A stretch of DNA of 20,754 bases, from positions 1 through 20,754 of the forward strand of contig BTVV01000109.1 in assembly GCA_045863855.1 (NCBI GenBank), written 5' to 3'. This DNA comes from Planctomycetota bacterium (lineage in GTDB: Bacteria > Planctomycetota > SZUA-567 > H5-PLA8). The translations under genes were made by a program, and so were the position numbers. This document shows, in pieces, positions 16,934-20,754 of this stretch; the first letter of the stretch is position 1, and each line of letters starts with the position of its first letter. A model generated the notes under the pieces. The model saw only the letters and a program-made list of their open reading frames with translations. It ran no database searches and was not told where the DNA came from.

Positions 16934-17845
16934 ATGGCTAAAAGGCAAGAGATCAGGCCTGACCCGCTCCCCGACATCGCCGAACCTCGGCGGCTCGAGG
17001 AAGCGCTGGCCGCCGCCGAACGCGCGATGGGCGTGCATCTTGTCGTCAACGACCACGCCGCGATCTTTCTCGATGCCGCGGGCGAACAGGCCCTCCCGCC
17101 CGCGCGCCGCCGCCACGAGAACCCGTTCTGCGAATTCGGGCGCGCGCGCCCCGGCTGGGATCAGGCCTGCCTCGCTCATTGTGGGCGCGACGTTCCGCTG
17201 AAGGCCGCCGCTTTGGACCGCCCGTTCATTCATACTTGCTGGAAAGGCGCCGCAGAGATCGTTGTGCCCGTGCACTACGAAGGTGCGCACGTCTGCACGC
17301 TCTTTGCCGGTCCTTGGCGCAGCCCCAAACCCTGCGCCGCACCGCTGATCCGCTCGATCCCGGCGGCACTCGCCGTCCGGCACAAACAGCTTCCTGCCTT
17401 CGATCGCTCCGAACTGGCGCGTCTTGCCGGTCCGCTCCAATTGCTCGGCGCGGGCTTGGTCAGCCTCTGGCTGGGGCAACTGCGTTGGGGCGACGAACCC
17501 GACCGCGTCGCGCGCATCCGCCGCTTCGTCCATCTGCGCAGCCACGAACCCATCCGCCTCGCCGACCTCGCCAAGTATCTCTCGCTCTCGTCCAGCCGCA
17601 CCGCCGCGCTCGTCCGCCAATACCTCGGCCAGTCGTTTCAGGACGCGCTCCTCGCCGAACGCCTCCGCCGCGCCCAGACGCTATTGACGCACACCAACCG
17701 GTCCGTGAAGGAAATCGCCCAGCGTGTGGGCTTCAACAGCGAGTATTACTTCAACCGCGCCTTCAAGAAAACGATCGGCCACCCGCCCGGCCGCTGGCGC
17801 CGCCGTGGAACTCCAACCGCCGGCGGCACAACCTCCCCCCCTTGA
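16934..17845 (+). CDS. AraC-family transcriptional regulator with N-terminal PocR-like sensor domain
   Basis: N-terminal Cys pattern NPFC...CLAHC...HTCWKGAAEIVVPV. C-terminal double HTH LADLAKYLSLS...RLRRAQTLL...SVKEIAQRVGFNSEYYFNRAFKKTIGHPPGRWR. Divergent from the hydrolase. Confidence 0.92.
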   Translation: MAKRQEIRPDPLPDIAEPRRLEEALAAAERAMGVHLVVNDHAAIFLDAAGEQALPPARRRHENPFCEFGRARPGWDQACLAHCGRDVPLKAAALDRPFIHTCWKGAAEIVVPVHYEGAHVCTLFAGPWRSPKPCAAPLIRSIPAALAVRHKQLPAFDRSELARLAGPLQLLGAGLVSLWLGQLRWGDEPDRVARIRRFVHLRSHEPIRLADLAKYLSLSSSRTAALVRQYLGQSFQDALLAERLRRAQTLLTHTNRSVKEIAQRVGFNSEYYFNRAFKKTIGHPPGRWRRRGTPTAGGTTSPP

Positions 17846-17870
17846 ACCGCTCGTTCCGCCGCTGTAGTCT
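17842..17870 (+). promoter_or_regulatory. Sigma70-type promoter overlapping the araC stop codon
   Basis: TTGAAC (17842-17847)-N17-TAGTCT (17865-17870), implying a start near 17876-17878. Confidence 0.55.
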
Positions 17871-18048
17871 TGTTTAAAATCCTTTCTCGCTTTGCTTGGG
17901 GGTGCTTTGCCGAACAAGCCCATTAATCGCCCAGGAGGGAGCCCGTATTCTATATCTCCCGTTTCTGACGGTCTGCGGAACGAGGAGGAGTACCCGTACC
18001 AACAGCCCAAGCCAAGGAACAGGATAGCAGCTGGTAAAACAAGACTGC
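17864..18048 (+). ncRNA. Candidate structured ncRNA, 6S RNA-like
   Basis: Nested complementary arms: 17864-17875/18037-18048, ATCCT/AGGAT and GCTTGGG/CCCAAGC. Internal motifs CCGAACA, GGGAGCCCGTATT and GAGGAGTACCC recall Firmicutes 6S RNA. Has its own candidate promoter and low coding potential. Confidence 0.45.
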
Positions 18049-18113
18049 TTATGATTAAGGCTCAACGAATCATGGATGCTTGAATCTTCGACTTCGCACT
18101 TGAGGAGCGCTCC

Positions 18114-19676
18114 ATGGCGGCCAAGAAGAAGCCCAAGTCCAAGCCGGTGTCCGAACCCAAGCTCAAACTGCCGCGCCCCGGCGGAACGTACTTCCAGCTC
18201 TTTAACAGCGGGCTGGAAGTCTGGCTCTACGACGACGCTCAGCAGGAGAAGATTCGCGCGAGCGGCGCGCTGGCCTTCGGAGAGAAAGGGCAGGAAGCGA
18301 AGTTCAAGGCTCAAGCCAAGAAGGGTCTGGTCGTCGGCTACAGTTTGCGGCAGGACGACAGCGTGAGTGTGGCCGTGTATGTCGGCGAACCGCTGACCGA
18401 GCAGGAACTTTCCGCCTCGCGCTGGCTGGAACCGCAGCGCGCTTTTCTCGATCTGCCTTCGGGGAAGCTCTGCGTCGAGTCTAACGACTCCTGCCGCGTG
18501 ATGCCCGAGGCGGAGCCGACCGATAAGGGAGGTACCTTAAAGGTGCCACCCGGCAAGTACCGAGTCACGCTGTATCGTTCGGACCATGAAGCGCTGGCGC
18601 GTGAGGAACTGGCCTGGCATCCGCCGCAGGAAGTCGTGGTGCTCACGCCGGGCGGGAAGCCCGCCGACGCCGCGAAGGCGCTCCTGCCGTTCCAGCCGCG
18701 CCGCGACCTGAGCTGGAAAGGGAAGTATGCGATCCGGGGCAAGCAGGCGGAAGTACTGGTCTGGTTCTACGATTACCGCGACTCGTTCGTGGTGAACCTG
18801 GACGCCGCAGCGGTCAAGCAGCTTGGCCTGAAGCACGGACAGTATTTCCAGACGCGGGTTCCCGAGTTGAAGGTGACGCTGGTGAGTGTCTTCGCGCCGT
18901 CCTGGCTGGAAGGCCGGAAGCTTCCGCGCCCGAACCTGGAGCCGTTGACCGAGTACGGCTTCGCGATGCTTTCTCCGCAAGCGGAGTGGAACGGCGCGGA
19001 GGCGCTCTTTGCCCGGCGCGAGCGGGCCAATTTGGCCGTGGACAAGAAGCAGCAGGGCGTCTGGTTCCCGGGTATCTTCGAGGTACTGGACGTAGGGCCG
19101 ATGGAGGTCAAGCCCGGCCCGCAGGGTACGAGCTTCGAGTCGCTTGACCTCGTGGAACTGGAGCACTGCGGCTCGGACTTCTTGGCGACGATCCTGGGCG
19201 ACGTGTTGAACGCAGGGGACCTGGACGAACTCACCTGGGCCGATGCGCTCAAGCGCTTGGACGCCGAGTACGCTCAAAGCGGGCTGAAGCCCGTGGGCGA
19301 CCTGCGTTGGAACGCTTCGTACGGCGACGACGCGTTGCAATTCGACCTGCGCCTCTACGTGGGCGCCAAGGATACGTTGGGCGCGCTCGTCACGCGGGAA
19401 CTCTCGATCGAACCGCTTCTGCTGAGCGAACGCGACGACGGCTCGTGGCTCGCCACCGGCCTGTGCGATACGTTCGAGGCGATTGTGACCGAACTGAAGG
19501 GGCGCGGGAAAAAGGTGAACGCGCGGATCGAGAATCGCGACGAGCCCTTCGAGAAGATCCGCACCGCCCACACCCAGCGGCTCAAAGAGGCGCCGGGGAA
19601 GCCGGTTGCCGCCGCGACTGACCTGGATTCGGCACGTGAAGCGATCGGGCGCTTCCTAGCCGCCGTCTTCGTCTGA
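18114..19676 (+). CDS. Hypothetical protein, 520 aa
   Basis: Long ORF with host-like GC3 bias, strong RBS GAGGAG 6 nt before ATG and a Lys-rich N-terminus. No family confidently recognised. Confidence 0.85.
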   Translation: MAAKKKPKSKPVSEPKLKLPRPGGTYFQLFNSGLEVWLYDDAQQEKIRASGALAFGEKGQEAKFKAQAKKGLVVGYSLRQDDSVSVAVYVGEPLTEQELSASRWLEPQRAFLDLPSGKLCVESNDSCRVMPEAEPTDKGGTLKVPPGKYRVTLYRSDHEALAREELAWHPPQEVVVLTPGGKPADAAKALLPFQPRRDLSWKGKYAIRGKQAEVLVWFYDYRDSFVVNLDAAAVKQLGLKHGQYFQTRVPELKVTLVSVFAPSWLEGRKLPRPNLEPLTEYGFAMLSPQAEWNGAEALFARRERANLAVDKKQQGVWFPGIFEVLDVGPMEVKPGPQGTSFESLDLVELEHCGSDFLATILGDVLNAGDLDELTWADALKRLDAEYAQSGLKPVGDLRWNASYGDDALQFDLRLYVGAKDTLGALVTRELSIEPLLLSERDDGSWLATGLCDTFEAIVTELKGRGKKVNARIENRDEPFEKIRTAHTQRLKEAPGKPVAAATDLDSAREAIGRFLAAVFV

Positions 19677-19866
19677 TTCAGATCGCTGCTCGGCAAAGTT
19701 CTGCGGTAGTACGGACCACCCTTCCCACCTCAGGTGAAGATGACACCCTTTAGAGCTTGGTGCCTCGGGAAGCGAAGACCGCGGTACAATGCAGAACCGG
19801 ACCGCAAGACGAGGTTTCCCATAGGGTTGCAGGATTATTCGAACAGGGCATCGTAGCGTTTCGCTC

Positions 19867-19885
19867 GCCGCATTTTCGATGCGGC
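19867..19885. terminator. Hairpin between convergent genes, possible terminator
   Basis: GCCGCAT-TTTCG-ATGCGGC about 30 nt past the regulator stop; no convincing U-tract. Confidence 0.35.
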
Positions 19886-19913
19886 TCTCCGCTGCGGCGC
19901 ATCTAGCTGCACA

Positions 19914-20754
19914 TCATTGCCGAAAGCGCTCTAGGGTCGGTTGGTCTTGCCAAGAAGTAGAAATACGCGAGGTTTCGACGTTTTGGCTGCAGAGTGTGGA
20001 GGCGGCCATTCGGCCCAGTGCATTGAAATCTACCTTGGGTCCCGAGAACTCGATCCCCGGACCTTCCATCCCTGAAAAGGCCACAATACTCAAATCCTGC
20101 GGAACCTTTAACCCCAGTTGCTGAGCACATCTCGCGACCAAACGAGCCCGATTGGGATCGACGCATAGAGCGGCGGTCACACGGTGGGGACCCGATAGTG
20201 CGCGCAATAGGCCTGTATGCGATCGGTCCCGCGGAAAGGTGCTCAGCACCGGGCAGTCCCGAATACGCAAGCGGTGCTTACGCAGCGCCGTGAGGATACC
20301 GGCTTCGCGTTCCTTTGAGTCCGGATCGGGCTGCTTTAAGATTTGACTGATTGCACGCACCATCGCGATTCGGCGATGGCCTAACGCGACGAGCCGCGAG
20401 CAAGCGTCTTCGGCCGCGCCTGCGTTATCAACCGCTACGCACGGCAGACCCGCTACCAGGGGCGGCACGTCCACTTGAAGCACGGGAATCGGCAACCGAG
20501 CCATTTGCAGGCAAAGCCTCCGCGTCGCCAGACTGCCCATCAAAATGCCGGTTAAGGGTAGAGATAGGTACTGGTCCGGCAACACGGATCGGAAGGCGAA
20601 ATCGTGCGCCACGATCACGTGGCAACTCCGTTGAGCCAGTTCGTCCAGCATGCCCAGTAGCATCGCATTGTATCCGGCATGCTGACGGACCTCCGCCAAC
20701 GGCACGCCGTATACGATCAAAACGATGCCCGAGTTAGGACGCGCGTATTGGACC
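19914..20754 (-). CDS. LacI/GntR-type regulator, effector-binding (periplasmic-binding-protein-like) domain; 5' end outside window
   Basis: VAVDNAGAAEDACSRLVALGHRRIA, EREAG, GLKVPQDLSIVAFSG. The frame stays open to the window edge (VQYARPNSGIVLIVYG), so the HTH probably lies beyond 20754. Confidence 0.85.
   Translation of the reverse strand, partial: VQYARPNSGIVLIVYGVPLAEVRQHAGYNAMLLGMLDELAQRSCHVIVAHDFAFRSVLPDQYLSLPLTGILMGSLATRRLCLQMARLPIPVLQVDVPPLVAGLPCVAVDNAGAAEDACSRLVALGHRRIAMVRAISQILKQPDPDSKEREAGILTALRKHRLRIRDCPVLSTFPRDRSHTGLLRALSGPHRVTAALCVDPNRARLVARCAQQLGLKVPQDLSIVAFSGMEGPGIEFSGPKVDFNALGRMAASTLCSQNVETSRISTSWQDQPTLERFRQ

Noticed and set aside
17864..18048. Retron msr-msd, tmRNA or SRP RNA interpretation of the flanking inverted repeat
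   Set aside because: No reverse transcriptase nearby. The GGGGGTG is not followed by tmRNA tRNA-like motifs, and the SRP domain IV consensus is not matched.
17892..18083. 63-aa ORF (and the 146-aa antisense ORF 17874-18314) in the araC-hypothetical spacer
   Set aside because: The 63-aa ORF has a TTG start, no RBS and atypical codon usage; the antisense ORF overlaps the 520-aa gene. The region is better explained as structured RNA.
19698..19797. GTTCTGC/GCAGAAC inverted repeat in the last intergenic region
   Set aside because: Only 7 bp with weak internal pairing; compatible with chance.

Overview
GC-rich bacterial chromosome segment, most likely from a Planctomycetota/PVC organism (inferred from the secreted LRR protein, the membrane Ser/Thr kinase, the FG-GAP/ASPIC domains and a small planctomycete-type protein). 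Gene order: a partial secreted fibre-like repeat protein (minus strand, missing from the ORF track), groES-groEL, an LRR protein, rpsB-tsf-pyrH with no frr after it, two small minus-strand genes, a single-chain 2-oxoacid dehydrogenase (E1alpha-E1beta-lipoyl-E2), a receptor-type Ser/Thr kinase with a 7x FG-GAP + ASPIC/UnbV ectodomain, a clan GH-A glycoside hydrolase with a divergent PocR-AraC regulator, a structured non-coding element resembling 6S RNA, a 520-aa hypothetical protein and a partial LacI/GntR-type regulator. No CRISPR array, tRNA, rRNA or transposase was seen. The strongest leads are the four-module dehydrogenase fusion, the CRTAC1/integrin-like receptor kinase and the candidate 6S-like RNA. 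All calls were made by eye, without database searches.
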